Counted from the first letter of the stretch, positions 49,872 to 60,090 are shown. The stretch: DNA of 64,000 nt from Microbacteriaceae bacterium (GCA_040513215.1 JBEVDR010000033.1:7461-71460); one strand, 5' to 3'. Translations and numbers: made by a program. Notes: generated by a model from the letters alone, not told the origin.

Positions 49872-50666
49872 GTGACCAGCCCGACTCATCAGCGCCCGAT
49901 CCGTCTGGGCGTTCAGATCGCCCCGCAGCACGCCTCGTACCCGCAGATCCGCGACGCCGTTCGCCGGCTCGAAGACCTCGGCGTCGACATCCTGTTCAAC
50001 TGGGATCACTTCTTCCCGCTCTCCGGCGACCGCGAGGGCAGGCACTTCGAGGCCTGGACCATGCTCGGGGGCTGGGCCGAGCAGACCGAGCGGGCGCAGA
50101 TCGGCACGCTCGTGAACTGCAATAGCTACCGCAACGCCAACCTGCAGGCCGACATGGCACGCACCCTCGATCACATGTCGAACGGCCGGTTCATCTTCGG
50201 CACCGGCGCCGGCTGGTTCCAGCGGGACTACGACGAGTACGGCTACGAGTTCGGCACCCCCGGCACCCGACTCGCCGCCCTCGCTGAGGCGATGCCGGTG
50301 ATCCAGAACCGCTGGGCGGTGATCAACCCGCCACCGGTGCACAGGATCCCGGTGCTGATCGGCGGCGCGGGCGAGCGCAAGACGCTCCGCATCGTGGCGC
50401 AGCACGCCGACATCTGGCACAGCTTCGGCGACGCCGATGTGCTGCGCCACAAACTCGGCGTGCTGCGCGAGCACAGCAAGGCGGTCGGCCGTGACGTCAG
50501 CGAGATCGAGATCTCCACCGAGATCCGACGGCGCACCGAATCGGATGCCGACGCCCTGGTCGATCTCGGAGCATCACTGTTCACGCTCGGCATCACCGCG
50601 CCGGAGTTCAACTTCGACGCGGTGAAACGCTGGCTCACCTGGCGGGACGCCCGCAACCGCGGCTAG
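49872..50666 (+). CDS. F420-dependent LLM-class oxidoreductase (TIGR03856-like)
   Basis: Motifs GVQIAPQH, FNWDHFFPL, NSYRN, GAGWFQRDYDEYG and IGGAGERKTL. Confidence 0.82.
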   Translation: MTSPTHQRPIRLGVQIAPQHASYPQIRDAVRRLEDLGVDILFNWDHFFPLSGDREGRHFEAWTMLGGWAEQTERAQIGTLVNCNSYRNANLQADMARTLDHMSNGRFIFGTGAGWFQRDYDEYGYEFGTPGTRLAALAEAMPVIQNRWAVINPPPVHRIPVLIGGAGERKTLRIVAQHADIWHSFGDADVLRHKLGVLREHSKAVGRDVSEIEISTEIRRRTESDADALVDLGASLFTLGITAPEFNFDAVKRWLTWRDARNRG

Positions 50667-52144
50667 GCCTCGGCGGGCACCGCGACAGGCTGCGGGCTGT
50701 CGGCCGGCTTCCGCACCAGGAACGTGCCGGCCAGCGCGACCACCGATATCACCGCACCGAACAGGAACGCCGTGTGAATGCCGTCGGCGAGAGCCGCGAC
50801 CTCATCGGCGCCGCCAGCGATCTGGGAGGCGGACACCGCCGTCATGACGGTGACGAACAGCGCGGTACCCGCGGCTCCGGCGACCTGCTGCGCTGTACCG
50901 ACGATGGCGCTGCCGTGCGAGTACAGCGAGGGGGTCAGCGAACCGAGCGCGGACGTGAACAACGGGGTGAACATCAGCGCGAGGCCGACGCTCAGACCGA
51001 CATGTGCTGCCAGCACCCACCCGAACGGCGTCGACGGCGAGAACAGCGTCATTGCCCAGAACACCAGGCTGACGATCGCGCCGCCCGGGACGACGAGCAC
51101 GGTCGGGCCGCGGCGGTCGTAGATCCGGCCGACGACCGGTCCGAGCAGGCCCATCACCAGTCCGCCGGGCAGCAGCATCAGGCCGATCGTGACGGGCTCG
51201 AGACCGAGCACGGTCTGCAGGTAGATCGGCAACAGGATGAGCGTGCCGAACATTGCCAGCATCGCGATCATCATCAGCACGATGGCCACCGAGAACGTCG
51301 GGGATTTGAAGGTGCGCAGGTCGAGCAGCGCGGCATCCTTCTTCTGCAGCCGCAGCTGCCGTGTCACGAACAGCGCCAACGCCAGCACCCCAACGGCGAG
51401 CGGGATCCAGGCCGGAACCATCGCGGTGCCCTCGGCCGACTGGCCGACGCTCGACAGCCCGTAGATCAGGCCGCCGAACGCGAACGCAGACAGCACGATC
51501 GAGACGATGTCGACCGGTACCCGGGTCGGCGTGGTCACGTTCTGCATGCGCACGGCGCCCACCACGAGCGAGGCGAGGGAGATGGGCAGCACGAGCCAGA
51601 ACATCCAGCGCCAGTCCAGCACGCTCAGGATGATGCCCGACACGGTCGGGCCGAGTGCCGGCGCCACCGAGATGACGATCGAGATCGTGCCCATCACGCT
51701 GCCGCGGCGGGCGGGAGCAACGAGCGTCATCACCGTCGTCATCAGCAGCGGCATCATGATGGCCGTGCCGCTGGCCTGCACCACGCGGCCGACCACGAGC
51801 ATTTCGAAGCCAGGTGAGACCGCGGCGATCAACGTGCCGGCGCTGAACAGCGCCATCGCGGCGATGAAGATCGGCCGGGTGTTGAATCGCTTGATCAGGT
51901 AACCGGTGATCGGGATGACGACGGCCATGGTGAGCATGAAAGCGGTGGTCAGCCACTGGCCGGCGCTGGCGGAGATCTGCAGGTCTTCCATCAGCTGGGG
52001 CAGGGCGACGCCCATGATCGTCTCGTTGAGGATCACGACGAACGCCGAGATCAGCAGCAGGGTGATGACCAGGCGATCCCGCGGCGACAGGCGCCCGGAG
52101 TCGGCGCCGGCGGCAGGGTCGGGAAGTATGGAAGTGTCTGGCAC
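50663..52144 (-). CDS. DHA2 family MFS drug efflux transporter (LmrB-like)
   Basis: Motifs ILNET, QWLTTAFML, GRVVQASG and APALGPT; about 14 TM helices. Confidence 0.88.
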   Translation of the reverse strand: MPDTSILPDPAAGADSGRLSPRDRLVITLLLISAFVVILNETIMGVALPQLMEDLQISASAGQWLTTAFMLTMAVVIPITGYLIKRFNTRPIFIAAMALFSAGTLIAAVSPGFEMLVVGRVVQASGTAIMMPLLMTTVMTLVAPARRGSVMGTISIVISVAPALGPTVSGIILSVLDWRWMFWLVLPISLASLVVGAVRMQNVTTPTRVPVDIVSIVLSAFAFGGLIYGLSSVGQSAEGTAMVPAWIPLAVGVLALALFVTRQLRLQKKDAALLDLRTFKSPTFSVAIVLMMIAMLAMFGTLILLPIYLQTVLGLEPVTIGLMLLPGGLVMGLLGPVVGRIYDRRGPTVLVVPGGAIVSLVFWAMTLFSPSTPFGWVLAAHVGLSVGLALMFTPLFTSALGSLTPSLYSHGSAIVGTAQQVAGAAGTALFVTVMTAVSASQIAGGADEVAALADGIHTAFLFGAVISVVALAGTFLVRKPADSPQPVAVPAEA

Positions 52145-52257
52145 GCGGGGTGTCCTCTCGAAGTGGGCGGACGCTGCGCACACGGGAGAAAGAGCTCACC
52201 GGGCGCCAGGCGACAGGAACAGTAACACCGCCCGGTTGCCGGGCATTCCCGCAGGTC

Positions 52258-53400
52258 TTAGCGGGTTTTTGTGAGCCCGTCCCTGGTCTCGTCGACGAGG
52301 CTTGCGACCACAGCGCGCAGGCTGCCGCCCTGCTCGGCGGCGTACGCGAGTTGCCGCTCGTAGCCGGCTCCCCGGTCGAGGATCACGTCGACGAAACGCA
52401 GCTCATCGAGGCATCCGAGTCGCGCGGCCACCGGCTCCAAACGGTGCGCCAGCGCTCGCAGTTCGTCGCGCACGGGCGCCTGGGCTCCGGCGCGACTGGT
52501 GATGATCTCGGCTTCCAGGCCGTAACGGGCCGCTCGCCACTTGTTCTCGCGCAGGAACCAGTACTGCAGCGACGGCAGCTCGAGCCCCTCATCGAACTGG
52601 GTGGAGAGCTCCTCCACCAGGCATTGGGTCAGCGCGGCGAGGCAACCGACCTCTTCCAGCGTTGCCACGCTGTCGAACACGCGCACCTCGATGGTGCCCC
52701 ACTTGATCGACGGGCGGATATCCCAGCGCAGCTCGCTCGGCTCGTCGATGACCCCGGTGCGCACCAAGTCGCCGACCATCGACTCGTATTCCTCCCAGTC
52801 GGCGAACGCCGGCGGCAACCCGGCGGTCGGCAACTGCTGGTAGATCAGCGCCCGATTGGAGGCATAGCCGGTGTTGTCGCCGACCCAGTACGGGCTGGAG
52901 GCAGACAGCGCCTGGAAGTGCGGAAAGTAGGTCAGCAGCGCGTTGAGGATGGGGATGACCTTCTGCTTGTCGTCCACGCCCACGTGCACATGCACGCCCC
53001 AGATCAACATCTGGCGTGCCCACCACTGCGCCCGCTCCATGACCTTCTCGTACCGCGGCTTTCCGGGAGTCAAGTGCTGCCGGAACCACTCGCTGAACGG
53101 ATGCGTGCCAGCCCCGACCAGGTCCACGCCGAGCGGTTCTGCCGCCTCCTGTACCCGCTCGAGCACGAGCGCGAGGTCGGCAACGGCATCCCCGACCCTG
53201 ATGTGCGGGGCGCTCGCGAGCTCGACCGTGTTGGTCTGGAACTCCGCAGTCGCGTGCGGGTACTGGCTCGTGTCGTTGGACAGCCGCGCGAGGATATCGG
53301 GAGCAGCCGGCCGGAGTTCACCACTGCGGCGATCGACGCATTGCAACTCCCACTCAATGCCGAGAGTCGAACGCGGGGACTGCGGAAAGGCAAGGCGCAC
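52258..53400 (-). CDS. Glutamate--cysteine ligase family 2 (YbdK-like)
   Basis: Motifs STLGIEWE, GTHPF, GVHVHVG, SASSPYW, WDIRP and ENKWRAARYG. Confidence 0.9.
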   Translation of the reverse strand: MRLAFPQSPRSTLGIEWELQCVDRRSGELRPAAPDILARLSNDTSQYPHATAEFQTNTVELASAPHIRVGDAVADLALVLERVQEAAEPLGVDLVGAGTHPFSEWFRQHLTPGKPRYEKVMERAQWWARQMLIWGVHVHVGVDDKQKVIPILNALLTYFPHFQALSASSPYWVGDNTGYASNRALIYQQLPTAGLPPAFADWEEYESMVGDLVRTGVIDEPSELRWDIRPSIKWGTIEVRVFDSVATLEEVGCLAALTQCLVEELSTQFDEGLELPSLQYWFLRENKWRAARYGLEAEIITSRAGAQAPVRDELRALAHRLEPVAARLGCLDELRFVDVILDRGAGYERQLAYAAEQGGSLRAVVASLVDETRDGLTKTR

Positions 53401-53495
53401 GTCCTGATTCTGGCAACTCCGGCGCAGAACCGCTATCAAAACAGCATCGTTGTGTACGCCACTGCCTGAAAAACCTGTCAGAATAGTTAGTCGAG

Positions 53496-53576
53496 TCTGT
53501 GACCCGCCCGACCCTCTAATCAGGCGCTCACGGAATCCCTTAGAGCTTTTGCCGAGTGTGCCCCCACGCTCACGGC
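53496..53576 (+). ncRNA. Candidate structured 5' leader of rpsP (pseudoknot plus hairpin)
   Basis: Stems TCTGTGA/TCACGGA and CGCC/GGCG. Loop CTCTAA is complementary to downstream TTAGAG. Followed by hairpin GAGTGTG-CCCC-CACGCTC. Confidence 0.55.
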
Positions 53577-53614
53577 TGTCAGTTCAACCACACAAAGATA
53601 AATTCAGGAGAATT

Positions 53615-54067
53615 GTGGCTGTCAAGATTCGTTTGAAGCGCATGGGCAAGATCCGCGCGCCCTACTACCGCATCGTCGTTGCCGACTCGCGCACGAAGCG
53701 CGATGGTCGTGTCATCGAGGAGATCGGCAAGTACCACCCCACCGAGGAGCCCTCGGTGATTCTGGTTGACTCCGAGCGTGCGCAGTACTGGCTGAGTGTC
53801 GGCGCACAGCCGACCGAGCAGGTCGCCGCGCTGCTGAAGCTCACCGGTGACTGGGGCAAGTTCAAGGGCGACAAGGACGCCGTGAGCACCGTCAAGGTCA
53901 AGGAAGAGAAGGTTGCCTTCGTCGCTGACGAGAAGAAGAAGCCTGTTCTGAAGCCGAAGACCGAGAAGGCTCCCGTCGAGGAAGCCAAGGCGGAGGAAGC
54001 TCCCGCCGAGGATGCTGCCGAAGCTCCGGAGGCCGCTGAGGCCCCCGCTGAAGAGGACAAGGCGTAA
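53615..54067 (+). CDS. rpsP: 30S ribosomal protein S16
   Basis: Starts [11 protein letters not shown]; motifs [12 protein letters not shown] and GAQPTE; SD AGGAG. Confidence 0.97.
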   Translation: MAVKIRLKRMGKIRAPYYRIVVADSRTKRDGRVIEEIGKYHPTEEPSVILVDSERAQYWLSVGAQPTEQVAALLKLTGDWGKFKGDKDAVSTVKVKEEKVAFVADEKKKPVLKPKTEKAPVEEAKAEEAPAEDAAEAPEAAEAPAEEDKA

Positions 54068-54070
54068 CCA

Positions 54071-54307
54071 GTGCTCGCACCCGCTCTCGAGCACCTCGTC
54101 AAGGGGATCGTTGACCACCCGGACGATGTGCAGGTAGTGGCGAAGAGCTCTGCGCGTGGCGAGGTCCTCGAGGTGCGTGTGCACCCCGAGGACCTCGGAC
54201 GCGTGATCGGCCGTTCCGGGCGGACGGCCAAGGCTCTCCGCACGTTGGTCACCGCGCTGGCGGACGGCAAGCGCGTTCGTGTCGACGTCGTCGACACCGA
54301 CAACTAG
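54071..54307 (+). CDS. khpA: KH-domain RNA-binding protein (KhpA/YlqC family)
   Basis: Motif DLGRVIGRSGRTA; located between rpsP and rimM. Confidence 0.9.
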   Translation: MLAPALEHLVKGIVDHPDDVQVVAKSSARGEVLEVRVHPEDLGRVIGRSGRTAKALRTLVTALADGKRVRVDVVDTDN

Positions 54308-54332
54308 AAACACCGAGCTAGAAGCACTGAGC

Positions 54333-54920
54333 GTGAGTTCCACCAGTTCCCCCCAGCCCAACCGCACCCAGCTCCGTGTCGGCCGTCTCACCAAGGCCCA
54401 CGGGCTGAAGGGCGCCATCAAGCTCGAGCTGTTCACCGACGAGCCCGAACGCCGGTTCGTTCCCGGTGCGGTGTTCACCCTTCAGGTGCCCACCGAGTCT
54501 CCGTGGCACGGCAAGACCCTGGAGTTGGTCGAGTTGCGCTGGTACAACGGGCATCCGGTCGGCTTCTTCAAGGGCGTTCCCGACCGCAGCGCGGCCGAGA
54601 CCCTGCTCAAGGCGATCCTCTGGGTCGATCAGGATGTCACGGAGCTGCCCGCTGAGGAAGACGCCTGGTATGACCACCAGCTGGTCGGCCTCACCGTCGT
54701 GCGCGACGGCGTCCCGGTCGGCAAGATCACCCGCGTCGACCACATGCCCGCGCAGGACCTGCTCGTGGTGAAGACTGACGCAGACGAGGTCTTGGTGCCG
54801 TTCGTCAAGGCGATCGTGTCGGCCGTCGACATCACGGCGGGAACCGTCACCGTCACCCCGCCCACCGGACTGTTCGAAGAGATTCCGGATGACGCGGAGC
54901 CCCAGCAGCCCGGTGAATGA
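54333..54920 (+). CDS. rimM: Ribosome maturation factor RimM
   Basis: Motifs [21 protein letters not shown] and LVPFV. Confidence 0.95.
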   Translation: MSSTSSPQPNRTQLRVGRLTKAHGLKGAIKLELFTDEPERRFVPGAVFTLQVPTESPWHGKTLELVELRWYNGHPVGFFKGVPDRSAAETLLKAILWVDQDVTELPAEEDAWYDHQLVGLTVVRDGVPVGKITRVDHMPAQDLLVVKTDADEVLVPFVKAIVSAVDITAGTVTVTPPTGLFEEIPDDAEPQQPGE

Positions 54921-54948
54921 CCCCGCGCACGGCGACTATCGTCGGAGG

Positions 54949-55659
54949 GTGCGCATCGACATCGTCACGATCTTTCCCGAGTTCTTTGAGGTTCTCGACA
55001 TCTCCCTGCTCGGCAAGGCCAGGCAGACCGGGCTGATCGAGCTCGGGGTGCACAACCTGCGCGACCACACGCACGACCGTCACCGCACCGTCGATGACAC
55101 CCCGTACGGCGGTGGCGCTGGCATGGTGATGAAACCGGAGCCATGGGGCGCAGCCCTCGACGAGGTGCTCGGCTCCGCGACATCCGGTACCGACCCCGTG
55201 GTGATCTTCCCCTCACCAGCCGGTGAGGTGTTCACCCAGGCGATGGCCCGCGAACTGTCCACCGAACAGCACATCGTGTTCGGCTGCGGCCGGTACGAGG
55301 GCATCGACCAGCGCGTCTTCGACGACACCGCGTCGCGCGCCCGGGTGCGCCTGGTGAGCCTCGGCGACTACGTCCTGAACGGGGGAGAGGTCGCCGTGAT
55401 GGCGATGACCGAGGCGATCGGCCGGCTCATTCCCGGGGTGATCGGTAACCCCGAGAGCCTGACCGAGGAGAGCCACGAAGACGGACTGCTTGAGTACCCC
55501 AGCTACACGAAGCCGTCCAGCTGGCGCGGGCACGACGTGCCGCCGGTGCTGCTGAGCGGCAACCACGCAGCCATCGCCGCCTGGCGGCGGGAGCAGCAGG
55601 TTGAGCGCACGAAGCGGGTGCGCCCCGACCTGCTCGACCTCGACCTCGATCTCGGCTGA
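54949..55659 (+). CDS. trmD: tRNA (guanine37-N1)-methyltransferase
   Basis: Motifs [37 protein letters not shown] and LLEYP.YT. Confidence 0.97.
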   Translation: MRIDIVTIFPEFFEVLDISLLGKARQTGLIELGVHNLRDHTHDRHRTVDDTPYGGGAGMVMKPEPWGAALDEVLGSATSGTDPVVIFPSPAGEVFTQAMARELSTEQHIVFGCGRYEGIDQRVFDDTASRARVRLVSLGDYVLNGGEVAVMAMTEAIGRLIPGVIGNPESLTEESHEDGLLEYPSYTKPSSWRGHDVPPVLLSGNHAAIAAWRREQQVERTKRVRPDLLDLDLDLG

Positions 55660-55723
55660 TCCGCGTGCTCGCCCGTAGCTGAATCACGGGTTTTCGCCAA
55701 CCGCCGAGCGGTACTCTTGCCCC

Positions 55724-56230
55724 ATGTGGTATCGCCGAGCCGTCTTCTACGTCCAGTTCTGGGCCGCCGCCGTGCTGCCCGCGTGGTTGCTGGTCTCTCG
55801 CGGTATCGTCGGCGCCGACAGTGGTTGGGATTTCGTGGCCTACCTCTTCATCGCGCCGGTGCTCGCGGTCGCGCTGCTGGCGGTGGCCGGGCTTATCCGG
55901 GCGCGACGCAGTGTGCGCGACGCCCGCGCGGTGTCACCGCTTGACGCTGGCATCCTGACTGCGTGGTGGGCGCTGATCGTGGCGCACAGCCTCGCGCGCG
56001 ACCCCCAGGCGGCCGGGACGCTCGCTCTGATCGGCGTCTGCGTCGGACTGGCCGCGTTCTGGATCGCGATCTACCAGCTGATCAACGAGACGCGGAACCG
56101 GATGTCGGTGGTGCTCGCCAGCTTCGAACAGACGACGCCCGCGGCATCCGACCCGCAACCGCGCGGCGGCTACGACCCGCGCCTCGGCAGCGGCCCCGTC
56201 ATCCGCATCGACCCGCCGAACGAGTCGTGA
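55724..56230 (+). CDS. Hypothetical four-TM membrane protein
   Basis: Four hydrophobic segments; -10 TACTCT 6 nt upstream of the ATG; fills the gap after trmD. Confidence 0.7.
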   Translation: MWYRRAVFYVQFWAAAVLPAWLLVSRGIVGADSGWDFVAYLFIAPVLAVALLAVAGLIRARRSVRDARAVSPLDAGILTAWWALIVAHSLARDPQAAGTLALIGVCVGLAAFWIAIYQLINETRNRMSVVLASFEQTTPAASDPQPRGGYDPRLGSGPVIRIDPPNES

Positions 56231-56241
56231 GCGGCGCATAA

Positions 56242-57009
56242 TCAGCGCGCGGTGAGGACCACCGGCCCGGACTCGGTGATGGCGATCGTGTGCTCCACGT
56301 GCGCCGCGCGGGAGCCGTCGACGCTGCGCAGGGTCCAGCCGTCGTTCTGGTCGGTGTAGATCTTGTCGGTGCCGAGCATCAGCCACGGTTCGATCGCGAA
56401 GACCAGCCCGGGCTTCAGCGGCATGCCCCGCGCCGGGCGGCCGTTGTTCGGAACGTGCGGGTCGCCGTGCATGGTGCGACCGACGCCGTGCCCGCCGAAG
56501 TCGGTGTTCACCCCGAATCCCTCCGCCAGGCAGATGGCGCCGATGGCCGCGGACACGTCGCCCATCCGGCCACCGGGCTGTGCGGCCGCGATGCCCGCCT
56601 CAAGGGCGCGTTCCACGACGCTGATCATCCGCGCATCCTCGTCGCGGGGCGTGCCGACGATCACGGTGATCGCCGAGTCGCAGACCCAGCCGTCCACGGA
56701 GGCGGCGAAGTCCAGGCTCAGCACGTCGCCGTCCTTCAGCTTGTAGCTGTGCGGCACGCCGTGCAGGGCGGCGTCGTTCACCGACGTGCAGATCACCTTG
56801 CCGAACGGCGAGCCGCCGAACGACGGGTGGTAGTCGAGGTAGCAGCTCTCGGCGCCGGCCTTGCGGATCATGTCGTGCGCAAGCCGGTCGAGATCAAGCA
56901 GGTTGACCCCCACCGCGGATGCCGCGGAAGTCGCCGTCAGCACGCTCGCCACGAACTGGCCGGCCGCCTTCATCGCCTCGATCTCGGCCGGCGTGCGCAG
57001 CTCGATCAC
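56242..57009 (-). CDS. map: Type I methionyl aminopeptidase
   Basis: Motifs CTSVNDAALHG, LDFA, DSA, GHGVG, AIEP and HVEHT. Confidence 0.93.
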   Translation of the reverse strand: MIELRTPAEIEAMKAAGQFVASVLTATSAASAVGVNLLDLDRLAHDMIRKAGAESCYLDYHPSFGGSPFGKVICTSVNDAALHGVPHSYKLKDGDVLSLDFAASVDGWVCDSAITVIVGTPRDEDARMISVVERALEAGIAAAQPGGRMGDVSAAIGAICLAEGFGVNTDFGGHGVGRTMHGDPHVPNNGRPARGMPLKPGLVFAIEPWLMLGTDKIYTDQNDGWTLRSVDGSRAAHVEHTIAITESGPVVLTAR

Positions 57010-57632
57010 GCGGACACCAGCGCCAGCTCTGCCCGTACAAGGTCGCGGCTGCGTTCGATGAATCGCTCGTCGCCGACCGGATCATGCTGGAATGCGCGCT
57101 TCAGCAGCGCGTCGGACACCTCGACGGCGACCTCCAACCGGAACATCAGGTCGTCAGAGCGGGTGATGCCGTAGTGGTCGGTCAGCAGGCTCATGAACAG
57201 CTGCGACAGCATGCCGCCGCGGTTGACATCGGGCTCCAGCAGTCGGTCATCGATGATGTCGCCGAAGCGGATGGCCCGGAAGCCCGGCTCGCTGCGCATC
57301 ATGTCGACGTAGCAGTCGATCGCCGTATCCAGGCCGCCGACCCAGCGGGCGGCATCCGGTGGGATCGCGACTTCGAGGCGCTCCATGAACCGCTCCATGT
57401 TGCGTGCGGCGAGTGCCTGCAACAGCGAGCGGATGTTAGGGAAGTAGCGGTACACCACGCCGACCGAGGATTTCGACTTCGTAGCGACGTCGCTCGTGGT
57501 CAAGCCTTCGATGCCGTGCTCGGAAATGATTTCCGCTGCGGCATCCAGCAGCAGCGTGATCCTGGCAGAACTGCGTTGTTGAATCGGTTCGGTGCGAATG
57601 ATCTTCTTGAGAAGGTCGGTTGTTTCACTCAT
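57006..57632 (-). CDS. TetR/AcrR family regulator
   Basis: Motif P.QQRS and HTH (LTTSDVA...SVGVVYRYFPN). GTGA overlap with map. Confidence 0.88.
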   Translation of the reverse strand: MSETTDLLKKIIRTEPIQQRSSARITLLLDAAAEIISEHGIEGLTTSDVATKSKSSVGVVYRYFPNIRSLLQALAARNMERFMERLEVAIPPDAARWVGGLDTAIDCYVDMMRSEPGFRAIRFGDIIDDRLLEPDVNRGGMLSQLFMSLLTDHYGITRSDDLMFRLEVAVEVSDALLKRAFQHDPVGDERFIERSRDLVRAELALVSA

Positions 57633-57778
57633 GGATAGAGGAGTCTCCAATTTTTTGTTGCAGAAGGAATACTCTCACCACCAGCGCAAACTCCGCTGCG
57701 AACACACCGTCCGCGAGTCCGACCGGCGATCACCCTCGAGTGGCTAGTGGGCCCCGCGCTGTGACATAATTGTTGTTT

Positions 57779-57877
57779 GTGCCTCCGCGCGGTTCTGCCA
57801 CAGGGGAACCAGCATTCATGAGGCACGCCCTACACGACATCACAACACCTAGACCGCGGTCGACCTGTGGCGGTTGC
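57779..57877 (+). ncRNA. Candidate structured 5' leader of rplS (loop-loop or pseudoknot pairing)
   Basis: Stems GTGCCTC/GAGGCAC and GGTTC/GAACC enclose loop TGCCACAGG, which is complementary to CCTGTGGCG at 57864-57872. -10 CATAAT at 57765. Confidence 0.6.
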
Positions 57878-57892
57878 AGAGAGCGAACTATC

Positions 57893-58240
57893 ATGCACAT
57901 CCTCGACTCCGTCGACGCAGCGTCCCTCCGGTCGGACATCCCCGACTTCCGCGCCGGCGACACCGTGAAGGTGCACGTCAACATCATTGAAGGTGCGCGC
58001 TCGCGTATCCAGGTCTTCCAGGGCATCGTCATCGGCCGTTCCGGCGAGAGCGTGCGCGAGACCTTCACCGTTCGTAAGGTCAGCTTCCAGGTCGGCGTTG
58101 AGCGCACCTTCCCGGTGCACTCCCCGGTCATCGACCACATCGAGGTCGTCACTCGCGGCGACGTGCGCCGCGCCAAGCTGTACTACCTGCGCGACCTGCG
58201 CGGCAAGAAGGCGAAGATCAAGGAGAAGCGCGCCAACTAA
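57893..58240 (+). CDS. rplS: 50S ribosomal protein L19
   Basis: Motifs [29 protein letters not shown] and [10 protein letters not shown]. Confidence 0.97.
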   Translation: MHILDSVDAASLRSDIPDFRAGDTVKVHVNIIEGARSRIQVFQGIVIGRSGESVRETFTVRKVSFQVGVERTFPVHSPVIDHIEVVTRGDVRRAKLYYLRDLRGKKAKIKEKRAN

Positions 58241-58257
58241 GGCCCGTTCCCGTAATA

Positions 58258-58308
58258 CTCTGAGCTCCCCTCCGCCTACACTGGCAGGGGAGCTCAGGGG
58301 TTTAATTT
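58258..58308 (+). terminator. Intrinsic terminator after rplS
   Basis: 14-bp stem CTCTGAGCTCCCCT/AGGGGAGCTCAGGG followed by GTTTAATTT. Confidence 0.8.
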
Positions 58309-59050
58309 GGAAGACACACAACCGACGCGCGTCGAATCCGTCGCATCGGAACGGCGCCGTCGCGGCAAGAGCGTCACGATCTTCATTCGTGACGTTCTCA
58401 TTATTTTTCTCGCCGCCATCCTGATCTCTTTCCTGATCAAGACCCTCCTGATCCGGTCGTTCTACATCCCGTCAGAGTCGATGATGGACACGCTGCACAA
58501 GAACGATCGCATCATCGTCAACCAGCTCACCCCCGACCTGATGCCGATCGAGCGCGGAGACGTGGTCGTCTTCAAAGATCCCGGCCAGTGGCTCACCCCG
58601 CGGGCACCGGAACCGCAGAACCCGGTCGTGGCCGCGTTCGACTGGTTCTTCTCGATCGTCGGACTGTCGGCGCCGGACAGCAATGACCACCTGATCAAAC
58701 GCGGAATCGGACTCCCCGGGGATGTCGTCGCCTGCTGCAACGAGTTCGGTCAGCTGACCATCAACGGGACCCCGATCGACGAACCGTACGTGCTGTTGCC
58801 GCCAGGGGTCACGCGTGTATCGGCCGATGACTTCGAGGTCACCGTTCCCGAAGACTCGCTGTGGGTGCTCGGCGACAACCGCTATGCCTCGGCAGACTCG
58901 CGGTACAACACCAACAAGCCAGGCAACGGCTTCGTGCCTTACGACAACGTCGTGGGGCGTGCCATCCTGATTACCTGGCCGATCGACCGCTGGACCTGGC
59001 TGGACAACTACGAGTTCTCCTTCCGCGGCGTCGAGCAGACCACCGAATAA
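58307..59050 (+). CDS. lepB: Signal peptidase I
   Basis: Catalytic Ser (IPSESM) and Lys (LIKR.IGLPGD); also GDNR..S.DSR. Confidence 0.95.
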   Translation: MEDTQPTRVESVASERRRRGKSVTIFIRDVLIIFLAAILISFLIKTLLIRSFYIPSESMMDTLHKNDRIIVNQLTPDLMPIERGDVVVFKDPGQWLTPRAPEPQNPVVAAFDWFFSIVGLSAPDSNDHLIKRGIGLPGDVVACCNEFGQLTINGTPIDEPYVLLPPGVTRVSADDFEVTVPEDSLWVLGDNRYASADSRYNTNKPGNGFVPYDNVVGRAILITWPIDRWTWLDNYEFSFRGVEQTTE

Positions 59051-59059
59051 GCGAGCACC

Positions 59060-59725
59060 ATGGCTGTACTTGATCCGACCCTCGACCGGGAACGGGGGTT
59101 CTTCAAAACGGGCGCCGAGTATGTGGTCGGCTGCGACGAAGTTGGCCGCGGAGCTCTCGCCGGCCCCGTCGCGGTCGGCCTGTCGGTGATCGACGCCACG
59201 GTTCGCGGCATCCCCGAGGGCCTCCGTGACTCCAAGCTCGTCAGCGAGAAGAAGCGCGACACGCTCGAGCCGGCTGCGCGCAGCTGGTCGCTGTTCTCCG
59301 GTGTGGGCCTCGCAACCCCGCAGGAGATCGACGAGATCGGCATCACCCGGGCACTGGGCCTCGCCGGTCGCCGGGCGCTGGAGGCGCTCGTCGTCGCGGG
59401 CGTCGACCTCGAGGTCAGCGTCGTGCTGCTGGATGGCAGCCACGACTGGCTGAACCCCGCCTTGACCAGGCGCGTGCGGGTGCAGACACAAGTGAAGGCC
59501 GACCGTGACTGCGGATCGGTTGCCGCGGCATCCGTCATCGCGAAGGTGCACCGCGACCGGCTGATGATCGCCGCCCACGAGGAGCGCCCCGTGTACGAGT
59601 GGGCAGGCAACAAGGGCTACGGCAGCGCCGGGCACCTGGCGGCCATTGCCGAGTTCGGTTCCACCGACTATCACCGGCAGACCTGGCTGAAGACGCCCGA
59701 CGTGGCGCTGTTCGAGCTGGACTAG
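59060..59725 (+). CDS. rnhB: Ribonuclease HII
   Basis: Motifs DEVGRGALAGP, DSK, LDG, AAASVIAK and NKGY. Confidence 0.95.
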   Translation: MAVLDPTLDRERGFFKTGAEYVVGCDEVGRGALAGPVAVGLSVIDATVRGIPEGLRDSKLVSEKKRDTLEPAARSWSLFSGVGLATPQEIDEIGITRALGLAGRRALEALVVAGVDLEVSVVLLDGSHDWLNPALTRRVRVQTQVKADRDCGSVAAASVIAKVHRDRLMIAAHEERPVYEWAGNKGYGSAGHLAAIAEFGSTDYHRQTWLKTPDVALFELD

Positions 59726-59766
59726 CGGCACGCGGCACTGTCGGCAGCGCTTAGGATTAAGGCACC

Positions 59767-60090
59767 ATGGACGACGACGATTTCGAAGATTACGACCGCG
59801 AGGTCGAACTGGCTCTCTACCGCGAGTACCGCGACGTGGTGGGGCAGTTCAAGTACGTCGTCGAGACGGAGCGACGGTTCTACCTCGCCAACGACGTGAC
59901 ACTCGTGCGCCAGGACACCGCCAACGATTTCTACTTCGAGCTGACGATGCACGATGTCTGGGTCTGGGACGTGTACCGCTCCGACCGTTTCGTGAAGTCG
60001 GTGCGCGTGCTGACCTTCAAGGACGTCAACGTTGAAGAGCTCTCCGCCAAGGAGTTAGAGCTGCCGAAGGAACTCGCGCTCGACGAGTAA
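59767..60090 (+). CDS. DUF2469 family conserved actinobacterial protein
   Basis: Motifs ELALYREYRDVV, VETERRFYLAN, WVWDVYR and TFKDVNVEEL. Confidence 0.9.
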   Translation: MDDDDFEDYDREVELALYREYRDVVGQFKYVVETERRFYLANDVTLVRQDTANDFYFELTMHDVWVWDVYRSDRFVKSVRVLTFKDVNVEELSAKELELPKELALDE

